The notes beneath the pieces were generated by a model, which saw nothing but the letters and a program-made list of their open reading frames with translations, searched no databases and was not told the DNA's origin. A program made the translations under genes and the position numbers. From Planctomycetota bacterium (GTDB lineage: Bacteria > Planctomycetota > PLA2 > JAEUHO01), in the NCBI GenBank assembly GCA_965222115.1, contig CBDCTJ010000003.1:224001-288000 (forward strand): a stretch of DNA of 64,000 bases, in the 5' to 3' direction. Of the stretch, positions 29,501-38,318 are shown piece by piece. The stretch's first letter is position 1; each line of letters opens with the position of its first letter.

Positions 29501-29638
29501 AAGACCCACCACCAACGCATCCTGCGCAATGTCCTGAGCGGTCTGATCATCACGGACAAGTCGGCGCGCGAGCCGCACGAGCCCCTGCCGGGAGCTGAGC
29601 AGTTCGTCGATCTGGTCGGGGGTCAGTGGCGTAGACAT
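26569..29638 (-). CDS. ECF sigma-70 factor fused to a TM helix and carboxypeptidase-regulatory-like beta domains; split by a frameshift near 27803 (track ORFs 27686..29638 and 26569..27879)
   Basis: Sigma2 AQDIAQDALV...WLSGVAKN; sigma4 GVPLATVKSRLHRG; TM segment after MKK; GRVIGEGRHPVPN and GIVRGRV..PDG repeats. Removing 1 nt joins the two ORFs into 1022 aa. Confidence 0.75.
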
Positions 29639-29751
29639 TGGCTTCTATCTAGTTGTGCCCGCGCTCAGGACATCGATGCCTCCGAAAATCCACATTGCCT
29701 ACTTTTGTGGACTACCGCCCACAAACACACGCTCGTACGCACGGGTGCGTC

Positions 29752-30612
29752 CTACGAATGACCGGCAAGAAACCGCTCTTTCAATCGCTCAAGGCGAAAG
29801 GCGCGCATGTTGGGCTTGTCTTGCATGGCTACGCACAGCCAGACGGCACGGCAGTACTCAAAGTCGGGCAGGAACGCAGACGGCGGAGGGAGCCGGCTGT
29901 CTCGGTAGATGCTGTCGATAATCTTTAGGTAGTTTGTGCGTTGCTCGGGTGTGAATGTGTAGCGCTGCATAAAGTGATGAGAGGGATCGGGCGCGAAGTA
30001 CTCGGTGTGAACGAGTGCTGTAATGAGGTCATAGCCTGCGGGCGCCGGGAAGGCGTCGTCGAGGTCGATCACGCCGGCGGGAAACATGTTGTGTGCGTTG
30101 AAGTCGCCGTGGCTCTCGACGTAGGGAAACGGGAAGAGTGCGGCAATGGCGTCGTCGAAACGGCGATGAATACGGTCATGCCATACGGGTAACTCAAGGG
30201 CGAGTTCGTTCAGCGCAATGCCGCTTGCGAAGGCCGAGGGCTCGTGCGTATCCAATCGCGTTTCAAGTTGCGCGCTCGCGAATCGACTTACGACGTCGAG
30301 AAACTCGCCAAAGCGTTGTTCGCCTATGGCACCGGATTGATCCATGTCGAGACGAAAGAGCTCGCCCAGCTGTTCGTCACCGAGTGAGCGTTCGATGTAG
30401 TAGAAGGCACCGTTGTGATTCCCCTCATAAACGATGTCGGCGAGAGGCGCGCCCCTCTTCAATAGTCTGCGATGCACCTCTCGTTCGCGCTCGACGTCGC
30501 CAAGCTTTAGAAACAACGCGTCAGACCGGTACACGCGCACACGACCACCGCGTCGCGTTCGAATCGCGCGAAACGTGTGGCCATGAAGCTCAAGTGTGTC
30601 AGGAAGATGCAT
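29752..30612 (-). CDS. Aminoglycoside phosphotransferase/choline kinase-like protein
   Basis: LFLK, HGDFNAHN Brenner motif, VIDLDDA, GYDL. Confidence 0.75.
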   Translation of the reverse strand: MHLPDTLELHGHTFRAIRTRRGGRVRVYRSDALFLKLGDVEREREVHRRLLKRGAPLADIVYEGNHNGAFYYIERSLGDEQLGELFRLDMDQSGAIGEQRFGEFLDVVSRFASAQLETRLDTHEPSAFASGIALNELALELPVWHDRIHRRFDDAIAALFPFPYVESHGDFNAHNMFPAGVIDLDDAFPAPAGYDLITALVHTEYFAPDPSHHFMQRYTFTPEQRTNYLKIIDSIYRDSRLPPPSAFLPDFEYCRAVWLCVAMQDKPNMRAFRLERLKERFLAGHS

Positions 30613-30934
30613 GCAAGGGCTCAATGGTTGGCTGTGTTGCCAATGAAGCGGAGCGGGACGAATGCAGACCATGCCCGGAGCGCCTGAGAACACATAGCGT
30701 CGGTTGACGCGTCGATGCAGATCCAATGGCATGTGGCATTCGCTGGAATGAGGTCATCAAATCGCCCGTCGCCTCCATCCGGTCGGCCACAGCGCCGACC
30801 TAATTGGGGATCGAGGGCACTCTCTTGGCTGGGAACTGCGGGTCTCTGCCGCATCCGTTGCTAGGATTGCGCCTTCCCGTCGCCTTGAGTACTGGCTCAG
30901 GGCGAGTCTGGCGCCCACACTCAAGGAATGCCCC

Positions 30935-33445
30935 ATGCTGCGAATGATCGCTTGGCTCCCGCTTGTAGCCCTTTTGCTCCTTCCAAGTCAGTTGTGGGCC
31001 GATGACATTGACGAACAGGCGGCGGCGCAGACAGTAGAACGACTCCTCGCTAAAGATACAAACAACGACATACCTACGATCTGGCGTCTGTCACAGACGT
31101 TGGCCAAAGGCGAGCGGCCCGCCGTCCCTGCACTTCGCAAGGCGCTCGAAGAGGCCAAGCCTTCGCAGGGGCTTGCCATTGCGCGGGCGTTGGTGCTGCT
31201 CGAAGAACACACGGCCGGCTTGGATGCGCTCAAGCTAATTGCTATGAATGATGACGCGGAAACACCCATTCGCGTCGCAGCCATACAGATACTTGGCGAC
31301 GAGGGTGAGCCCGAAGAGGCCGAGTGGCTCGAAGAACGCATTGACGACATGCTCGAGCCCCACGTCAAGTTGGCGATGGCCAAGGGACTATGGGATCTCA
31401 ATCGTTCGAGCAAGAAAAAGGGCAAGAATGTCATGCTCGCGTTCATGCGCAGCACCGACGCGAATCTGAAAGCGCTGGGCGCGTTGGCGCTTGGAGAAAT
31501 CGGTGCGATCTCGGATGCGCGTACCGTCCTGCGCGCGCTGGCGGAAGAACCCACGGAACGGGGTCGCAGCGCGCGTCTCATTATGCGCCTCAACCGCATG
31601 GAAATGATGGCTGAGCAAGCGATGCGCGGTGATGAGAGCGCCGAGCCCGAGGTGCCGATTGTCACCGGTGCGCCAACAGTGAGTTCGGCGGGCAATTGGC
31701 CGTTGCTCGATGAAATCTTCGCAAAACTGAAGAGCTACTACATTGACGATTCGATGCTCGATCATCGAAAGCTCGAAGACGCCGCTGCCAGAGGACTGAC
31801 GTCTGCGCTCGATTCCCATACCGGCTACCTTTCGCCCGAAGACAACGCCAAAATGCTTGAGTCGCTCGATCCCACCTACGGCGGGGTGGGCGCGTACGTC
31901 TTCAATGACCCGGACAACAACAAGTTCTTCACCATTAGCCGTCCGATCTATGGCGGACCCATCTACAAGGCCGACTTGCGTGCGGGTGACATGGTTACCA
32001 TGATTGCGGGCAAGAGCACCGAAGGGCTCTCCGTCGAAGACTGCGTTCGACTGCTCAAGGGTCCGGCTGGAACACCGGTCAAAGTCGTGATACTGCGTCG
32101 CGGTTGGGAAGAAGCGCGCGAGTTCACGCTCGTACGTCAACGTATTACGATTCCCACCACCGCCTACGACATTTTGCCCGGCAAGATCGGGTTCCTCCAG
32201 ATTCAAGGATTCTCTGAAGACACGGACCACGAGGTTGCCAAGGTCCTCGACAAGTTCGATGAAGCGGGCATCACCGGCTTGGTGATTGACCTGCGCTTCA
32301 ACGGCGGTGGCTTTCTTCACTCCGCCGTCAAAATCGCCAGCAACTTTCTTCCCCGCGGCGCCGACGTCGTGCGCGAAAAGGGCCGCGATGGCGTCTACGC
32401 GGGGAGGACGCACCGTTCCTTGGGTACCGGCGGCCACCGCAAACAAGTACCCGTCGTTGTGCTCGTCAATCAGGGCACCGCAAGTGCCGCGGAGATTCTC
32501 TCGGGCGCACTACGAGATCATGACGTGGCGCGACTTGTGGGCCGAATCACATTCGGCAAAGGTTCGGCGCAGATTCCATTCGATATCGAATCGCGCCCCG
32601 GTGAGCCCTTTGTGGATGTTCCGCGCAAGCGCTCCAGCCCGGGTCGCGGTGACCGCTACACCGATCTCAATGGCAATAACCGTTGGGATAAGGGCGAGCC
32701 CTTTGAAGCCGCGCCGCGCAAGAACGGTCGCTACGACCACGCCGAGAAGTTCGATGATCGCAACGGCAACGGCTCCTGGGATCCGGGCGAGAAGTATATC
32801 GACGCCAATGAAAATGGCGTCTACGACGTCGCCGAGCCCTTCACCGATAAGAACGGCAACAACAAGTACGACGTGGGTGGCGGCGCAAAGATCACCATTG
32901 CCAACTACTACTTGCCCAGTGGCTTCAATCCCAAAGGCGAGATCAAGACCGTCGATGGCAAGGTACAGCGCGTCGGCGGCATCAAGCCCGATGTTGAGTC
33001 GCTCCCTAAGCGCCTCGATCTCTGGGAAGTGCAGGCACAGCGCAAGCTGGAATCCAAAGGCGACGTGCGCGATTACGTGGCGAAGCTCTTTGAGAAAGAC
33101 AAGGAACTGATGGATCGATTGGCGCGTTCCGATCGCAAGGATCCGTCGCTCTACCCGGGCTTTGACGAGTTTTACAGCTCCCTGGACACGCGCCTTAGCA
33201 AAGACGCGGTTCGGTGGCTTGTGCGCTACCACACGCGTCGCGAAGTCGGCGATCGGTTGGGACGTGAACTTGTGGGCGACATCGTGGATGATCGCCAGTT
33301 GCAAGCGGCCGTGCTCGATCTCTATGACACGCTTGACCGCGACTTCAATGCCGATGAAGACTTGGCATTCCTAGCGGCTGAGATCGCTGCCAAAGAAGCC
33401 GAGGACGAGAAGAACAAGCGCAAGCGCGAGCCCGCGGGCAAGTAA
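30935..33445 (+). CDS. S41 family (CtpA-like) tail-specific protease with N-terminal HEAT repeats, a PDZ domain and a Ca-binding repeat insertion
   Basis: Signal peptide; LDSHTGY, YGGVG (PDZ), IDLRFNGGG, TASAAEILSG (catalytic Ser), TFGKGS (catalytic Lys), GIKPDV. Confidence 0.9.
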   Translation: MLRMIAWLPLVALLLLPSQLWADDIDEQAAAQTVERLLAKDTNNDIPTIWRLSQTLAKGERPAVPALRKALEEAKPSQGLAIARALVLLEEHTAGLDALKLIAMNDDAETPIRVAAIQILGDEGEPEEAEWLEERIDDMLEPHVKLAMAKGLWDLNRSSKKKGKNVMLAFMRSTDANLKALGALALGEIGAISDARTVLRALAEEPTERGRSARLIMRLNRMEMMAEQAMRGDESAEPEVPIVTGAPTVSSAGNWPLLDEIFAKLKSYYIDDSMLDHRKLEDAAARGLTSALDSHTGYLSPEDNAKMLESLDPTYGGVGAYVFNDPDNNKFFTISRPIYGGPIYKADLRAGDMVTMIAGKSTEGLSVEDCVRLLKGPAGTPVKVVILRRGWEEAREFTLVRQRITIPTTAYDILPGKIGFLQIQGFSEDTDHEVAKVLDKFDEAGITGLVIDLRFNGGGFLHSAVKIASNFLPRGADVVREKGRDGVYAGRTHRSLGTGGHRKQVPVVVLVNQGTASAAEILSGALRDHDVARLVGRITFGKGSAQIPFDIESRPGEPFVDVPRKRSSPGRGDRYTDLNGNNRWDKGEPFEAAPRKNGRYDHAEKFDDRNGNGSWDPGEKYIDANENGVYDVAEPFTDKNGNNKYDVGGGAKITIANYYLPSGFNPKGEIKTVDGKVQRVGGIKPDVESLPKRLDLWEVQAQRKLESKGDVRDYVAKLFEKDKELMDRLARSDRKDPSLYPGFDEFYSSLDTRLSKDAVRWLVRYHTRREVGDRLGRELVGDIVDDRQLQAAVLDLYDTLDRDFNADEDLAFLAAEIAAKEAEDEKNKRKREPAGK

Positions 33446-33456
33446 CAGCGGGCGCA

Positions 33457-33490
33457 ACGAGACACGGAACAGACGAGACACGGAACAGAC
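33457..33490. repeat. 16-bp intergenic tandem duplication
   Basis: acgagacacggaacag x2, plus a trailing ac. Confidence 0.85.
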
Positions 33491-33514
33491 AAAGTGGCTT
33501 GCGAGTGATTCGCC

Positions 33515-34291
33515 ATGCGCGACGTTGAACGCTTGCGCTGCCTACCCGGCCTCGTACACGGCATGATTACGCGCGAGAATCGCGCCTGGGGTGCCGGTGC
33601 GAGCGAAGGTCCGTTTGCTGCGTGGAATCTCGGATTGAGCACCGATGATCATCGTGATCGCATAGTGTCAAACCGCCAGCGTGTCGCGGAGGCGCTTGGC
33701 TTTGAGCGTCTGGTAATGCCCCATCAAGTCCATGGCACGGCGATTCGCGAACTCCTTCCGACCACCGACCATCCAGGGAAATGCGACGGACTGTTGGTGC
33801 GCGAGCCCGGTCTACTTGCGGGTGTCATGGGCGCCGACTGCCCCGGTTTCTTATTGGTTCATCCGCCTTCGCACACATTGATTGTGGCGCATGCGGGTTG
33901 GCGCGGCATCGCGGGCAGCATGGCCACGCGTGCAGTAGAACGACTCGCGGCAGAAACAGGAGGCCATGCATCCTCGTTCGTGGCCGCGATCGGTCCAGGC
34001 ATTGGACAGGATCGCTACGAAGTGTCGCCCGATGTTGTTGAAGCGTTGCAGTGCTCACTGCCCTTCGATCTCACATCCAAGGACTTGGCTCGTGCGTCCA
34101 AACGATTGGGTCACGCCTACGTAGATCTGTGCGGCATCCTTCGCGCCCAATTCGTAGTTGCAGGCGTTTCCGAAGACACGCTTTTCAGCGACGGTACGTG
34201 CACGTTTGATCGACACGATTTGTGGTTTAGTCATCGCCGCGATCAGGGTGTGACGGGCCGACACGCGCTCGTCGCAGGTTGGCGCGTCTAA
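33515..34291 (+). CDS. YfiH/PgeF family (laccase-domain purine nucleoside phosphorylase)
   Basis: NLGL, QVHG, CDGL, GADC, AHAGWRG, IGPGIG...YEV, CT...FSHRR...GR. Confidence 0.9.
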   Translation: MRDVERLRCLPGLVHGMITRENRAWGAGASEGPFAAWNLGLSTDDHRDRIVSNRQRVAEALGFERLVMPHQVHGTAIRELLPTTDHPGKCDGLLVREPGLLAGVMGADCPGFLLVHPPSHTLIVAHAGWRGIAGSMATRAVERLAAETGGHASSFVAAIGPGIGQDRYEVSPDVVEALQCSLPFDLTSKDLARASKRLGHAYVDLCGILRAQFVVAGVSEDTLFSDGTCTFDRHDLWFSHRRDQGVTGRHALVAGWRV

Positions 34292-34292
34292 G

Positions 34293-34691
34293 TTACGCGG
34301 GCTCGACTTCGTGCAGCGCGGCTTCAAAGGCGCGATCAAAGGCCTCGTCGAAGCGGTAGAGGCCACGAAAGTCGTCGATGGAGTCGTCGGCCGTCTTCTG
34401 AAGCAGATCGGCACCAATCAGATTGAAGACAATGCGACCAAAATCGTCGGTGGTGGTGACGCCCCAGTGCTCAAGCACCGTGCGGGCCATGAAGCCAAAC
34501 TTCTCAAGCGCCAAGCCACGGACGCCGTCCATGATCTCGGGGCCACTCACGTGCCGACGTGTTCCGCCGCGCGACTGAATGGTGAAGTCGAGCGCCTCAA
34601 AGACGAAATGGTACGCATCGGCATCGAAGCGCGGGTCCCGACGGACGATCGACTGAATGGTGATGTCTTTGTCCAGACAACTCACGTGCAT
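34293..34691 (-). CDS. Minf_1886 family protein (PVC-type conserved protein)
   Basis: DPRF..DAY.FVFEAL, RHVSG.E, FG.MA.TVL..WGV..T.DFG.IVFNLI. Confidence 0.8.
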   Translation of the reverse strand: MHVSCLDKDITIQSIVRRDPRFDADAYHFVFEALDFTIQSRGGTRRHVSGPEIMDGVRGLALEKFGFMARTVLEHWGVTTTDDFGRIVFNLIGADLLQKTADDSIDDFRGLYRFDEAFDRAFEAALHEVEPA

Positions 34692-34978
34692 GGCCTCACT
34701 TCAACGCATCTCGCTACGACACGTCGTGCGAAAACGCGACGACCAGCGACAACCTGCCGCCGGACTTCTACGGTCATTGGCATGCGCCCAGCACGCCCTA
34801 CCTACCCTCGCCGCTCGAATGCGGAGCGTCACCGTACGCACTTCACATTTGAGGGCGCATCAAAAAAAGTGAGCGCACCTTGACAACGACCACACAACAG
34901 GGCCAGGGACCTCATTGCGTCCGTCCACTATCGACTACCGAACGGGCTCCGTCACAGGCGAAAGGAGGAATTCCCGAC

Positions 34979-35965
34979 TCACGCCCGGGCGTGTTGTGAA
35001 AGGCGCAGCAGGGTCTCGGTAAACATGATCAAAGGCGTCCCGTTTTGGTGTGTGGCCTGTTGCAAACCGAGCAGGTCCTCATGCCAGGCGAGCGCCAACG
35101 AGACCGAGGAAAGCGGGCAGACCGGGCTGGATCGACCGCGCATGACGTCTCGCGCGCCCACTTGAAGCACGTGCAGCAGTTCGCTCGTCACAGCGCGCTG
35201 TGCCACCGCTGCTGTGATGGGCGGCTCGCCGCTCTCCTTGAGCGTGGCGGCGGCCGCTGAGAGTCTTTGCCACCACCCGTCGCTGAGCTCCATCAAAGAC
35301 GGTGCGCCGCGCGCGATCGATTCGCTGATGGCCTGAGCAATGGAAACGATGCCTAGTGTGGCAAGGCGTTCCGCACGATGGATCGACCCGGAGGCGCACT
35401 GAGCGATGAGTGCAGCGTCTTCCTCAACCGGGAAGCTGGCAAGATGATCCACCAGTGCCTCGATCGAATGAGGTGCCAAACGCAGGCGGCGACAACGACT
35501 GAGAACCGTATCGGGCAAGCGCTCTGCATGACATGTGAGCAGAAGAAACACGGTCGTGGCCGGCGGTTCTTCCAGAACTTTGAGATAGCGTGATGCGGCG
35601 CGAATATCCATGGCGTCGGCCGGTTGAATAATGAAGATCTGGTGTGATCCATGGCGGGGCGATAGGTAGGCTTGCTCCAATTGCGTGGCGAGCGCCTCCA
35701 GCGAGATCACCGTAGCCTTGTCACGATGCACGTGATGAACATCGGGATGGTTGCCGCCCACGATTCGTTGGTGCAATACGTCGAGCTCTCGTTCGTCGGT
35801 CGCCAACACACACGTTGCAAACAGGTCGGCGAGGTCGGCCAGCGCGCGATCGTCATTGCCTTCGATGAGGTAGCTGGGTGAAAAGCGACGCGTGGACACA
35901 ATATCGTGCAGCGTTTCGCCGGCTTGACCAAAGCGCGTAAGCGGATGCGACACGTGTACATTCAT
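34979..35965 (-). CDS. holB: DNA polymerase III delta-prime subunit (divergent)
   Basis: HPDV, IFIIQPADAM, LKVLEEPP, LPDTVLSRC; coupled to tmk by ATGA overlap; Walker A and Zn module not evident. Confidence 0.75.
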   Translation of the reverse strand: MNVHVSHPLTRFGQAGETLHDIVSTRRFSPSYLIEGNDDRALADLADLFATCVLATDERELDVLHQRIVGGNHPDVHHVHRDKATVISLEALATQLEQAYLSPRHGSHQIFIIQPADAMDIRAASRYLKVLEEPPATTVFLLLTCHAERLPDTVLSRCRRLRLAPHSIEALVDHLASFPVEEDAALIAQCASGSIHRAERLATLGIVSIAQAISESIARGAPSLMELSDGWWQRLSAAAATLKESGEPPITAAVAQRAVTSELLHVLQVGARDVMRGRSSPVCPLSSVSLALAWHEDLLGLQQATHQNGTPLIMFTETLLRLSQHARA

Positions 35966-36600
35966 TTCAAGGCCACACCTTCAATGGCGCGCCATACATC
36001 GGCAAATACCTGATCCACGGTGCGATCCGCATTTACGATTGCGCGCGCGGGGGCCGCTCCTTGAAATTGGGCACGAAAGGTCTCGGCCACTCGCTTGCGA
36101 TACGCCAGGTCACGCTTCTCCATGCGGTCCAGTGGACGCTTGATACGTGCATGGCTCACGGTGGCATCGATATCAAGCAGAATCGCCACATGCGGTTCAA
36201 CACCTCCGGTAGCGATGCGTGACGTATCGGCAATGTGTTGCTTGTCGGCACCGCCCCCACCACCTTGATACGCCATGGTGGCAAAGTGCCAACGCTCGCA
36301 GACCACGTCTTCGCCACGCCGAAGGGCCGGAGCAATCACATCCCGCGCAAGTTGGGCACGCGCGGCTTGATAGAGAAACAACTCGGCGGTGGCGTTGACC
36401 GTCATGGATGGATCGAGGAGCACGGCCCGAACGGCTTCACCGACATCTGTGCCCCCGGGTTCGCGGGTGTGCAAGACCTCACGGCCCTCTCGCTTCAAGG
36501 CCTCTACAACCCGCGCCGCCTGCGTGGATTTGCCGCACCCGTCCAATCCGTCGAGAACAATGAAACGAGCGGCGTTCGGGGTTGATGACGTGGCGTTCAC
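35962..36600 (-). CDS. tmk: Thymidylate kinase
   Basis: FIVLDGLDGCGKST, TREPGG, ELFLY.AARAQ, AYQGGG. Confidence 0.93.
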   Translation of the reverse strand: MNATSSTPNAARFIVLDGLDGCGKSTQAARVVEALKREGREVLHTREPGGTDVGEAVRAVLLDPSMTVNATAELFLYQAARAQLARDVIAPALRRGEDVVCERWHFATMAYQGGGGGADKQHIADTSRIATGGVEPHVAILLDIDATVSHARIKRPLDRMEKRDLAYRKRVAETFRAQFQGAAPARAIVNADRTVDQVFADVWRAIEGVALK

Positions 36601-36664
36601 GGGCGAAGAACCTACTTCGAGAGAGGAGGGAACGTAGCGTACGCTGCGGCTCTGACGATCCGGG

Positions 36665-38281
36665 CTAGAGGCGCGCAAGCAGTCCGTCGATGAGTTGCTC
36701 GATTTCGGGATCGGTGCGATGCAGCTCGCGGATCTCGCTCAACGATCGACTCACGCTGCTGTGACTGCGCAGACCAAATGCACGCCCGAGTTCCTTGAGG
36801 GGCAGGGCGCACGCGCGATACACGATGTACATGGCAACGCGGCGCGGGAGTACGGCGCTCCTGAGCTTGGTGGATCGATCGAGCAGCTCGCGCGATATGC
36901 CGTAGTGCGCCGCGACCAAATCCTTTGCACGTCGCACGACTTCGTCGCGGGCCGAGGTTGCGGGCGGCGGGGCCACTTCATCAAGCCACTCGGGCGACAA
37001 GGCACTCCCTGTCCGTAGCGAGGCGATTGCGTATCGATCCAGGAGCTGCGTGCACGTGTGCATGCATCGCGAGCGCGCCACGAGCGCGGTCAACACGTCT
37101 GGACGGCAGCGAACGCGAAAATGCATCAAACGACGCGTAAGGATTTCACGGCGAAGCTCGTCATCGGGCGCAGGAAGATGAATGGCAACGCCCCCGGCGA
37201 GACGCGACGCCAGTTGAGCGGAAAACCCCTCCACGCGCAACGGACCGCTCCTACCATCGGGACGAAGCTGACTGGATGCAATGAGCATCGTATTCGTGCG
37301 TGCGAAGCGACGGAACAAGGTGAGCAAGTGACTCTGAGTGGCGTGTCGCCCACGCAACTGATCCACATCATCAATCAAAACAAAGCGGCGGCTCGAAAGA
37401 TCCGACTCAAGTGCTCGTACCGCGTAGGCATCGCCCCCTCGCACCGCCGACACGAAATGTCTTGTGAACGTTCGCGCATGCAAGTAGATGGAGTCACCCG
37501 GCCGACGACGATGAACTTCGGCATGAAAGGCTTGCAGGAGGTGCGACTTGCCAACGCCCGCGGGACCATAGAGCAATATTGTTGATGGGCCAGCTAAGGC
37601 GGCCCAATGCTGCGGAGCCTCAGAGATTTCGTGCTGCGGAGCCTTAGAGGGATGTGTCGATGCACGACTACGCGGCGGATTGGAAGAGGCGGGTGCTGAA
37701 ACCGACGGCGACGCGTTCAAGATCCGCTCGAAGAGGAGCCGCGCAAATCTGCTGGAGGATCCCGCCACAAAAGATGAAAGCTGGGGGCGCGGGCGCGCGT
37801 CGGCGAGCAGGGCCGCCCAAACGTTTTCACGTTCCGGCAGTGCATCGCGCACATGGCGGCGTTCGTCCAGTGCCTTCGAAACATGAATGTCTAGCTTGAC
37901 GCCGGGACCGAGTACGGCGTCACATGCACGACGCAGTGGGTCGGCATAAATGCACGCCAGCCACATGCGGTGGGCATCGGTGGGTACGGCGAGCGTTACC
38001 GTGTCATCGAGTACATTCGTAACCGCCGCATCGCGAAACCAAAGCGTCGTGCGCCGTTTGCCCAGAGACTTTGAAAGCTCGTCTCGGAGCTTGGCGGCGA
38101 TCATTTGATACGGCGTGGACGCAGAACCCAAGCGCTCATCACGGCCACGTAGAGACGACGTCGCAACCTGGTTCGCGCCCAACCCTCCGATGGGTGCATC
38201 GAGTTTCGTACGGTCATCTTGCGAGTTGCATACAACCTTGGGCGTAACGTCTGACGGGTGAATCGCCGAACTTCGCTGCAC
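36665..38281 (-). CDS. DnaA paralog (domain I, AAA+, domain IV HTH), divergent
   Basis: TLWF...VTLAVPT (domain I), LYGPAGVGKSHLL, LIDDVD, LASRLAGG, PRRVAMY, LKELGRAFG.RSHSSV; true start may be ATG 38104. Confidence 0.8.
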   Translation of the reverse strand: MQRSSAIHPSDVTPKVVCNSQDDRTKLDAPIGGLGANQVATSSLRGRDERLGSASTPYQMIAAKLRDELSKSLGKRRTTLWFRDAAVTNVLDDTVTLAVPTDAHRMWLACIYADPLRRACDAVLGPGVKLDIHVSKALDERRHVRDALPERENVWAALLADARPRPQLSSFVAGSSSRFARLLFERILNASPSVSAPASSNPPRSRASTHPSKAPQHEISEAPQHWAALAGPSTILLYGPAGVGKSHLLQAFHAEVHRRRPGDSIYLHARTFTRHFVSAVRGGDAYAVRALESDLSSRRFVLIDDVDQLRGRHATQSHLLTLFRRFARTNTMLIASSQLRPDGRSGPLRVEGFSAQLASRLAGGVAIHLPAPDDELRREILTRRLMHFRVRCRPDVLTALVARSRCMHTCTQLLDRYAIASLRTGSALSPEWLDEVAPPPATSARDEVVRRAKDLVAAHYGISRELLDRSTKLRSAVLPRRVAMYIVYRACALPLKELGRAFGLRSHSSVSRSLSEIRELHRTDPEIEQLIDGLLARL

Positions 38282-38318
38282 CGTGCCTCTGCTCCCAGGG
38301 TTATGCGTCCCCCGCGAC

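Noticed and set aside
29752-30612. Antibiotic resistance gene
   Set aside because: Only generic APH/choline-kinase fold motifs are visible; there is no mobile context or specific similarity to APH enzymes that I can support.
31388-33304. Long antisense ORFs (here and opposite accC, tyrS, rpsA and the TPR peptidase)
   Set aside because: Expected shadows of strongly GC3-biased genes; no recognisable motifs.
34692-34978. Replication origin or ncRNA in the intergenic gap near the DnaA paralog
   Set aside because: I found no TTATCCACA-like cluster, AT-rich unwinding element or recognisable RNA family by eye; a weak unknown RNA cannot be excluded.
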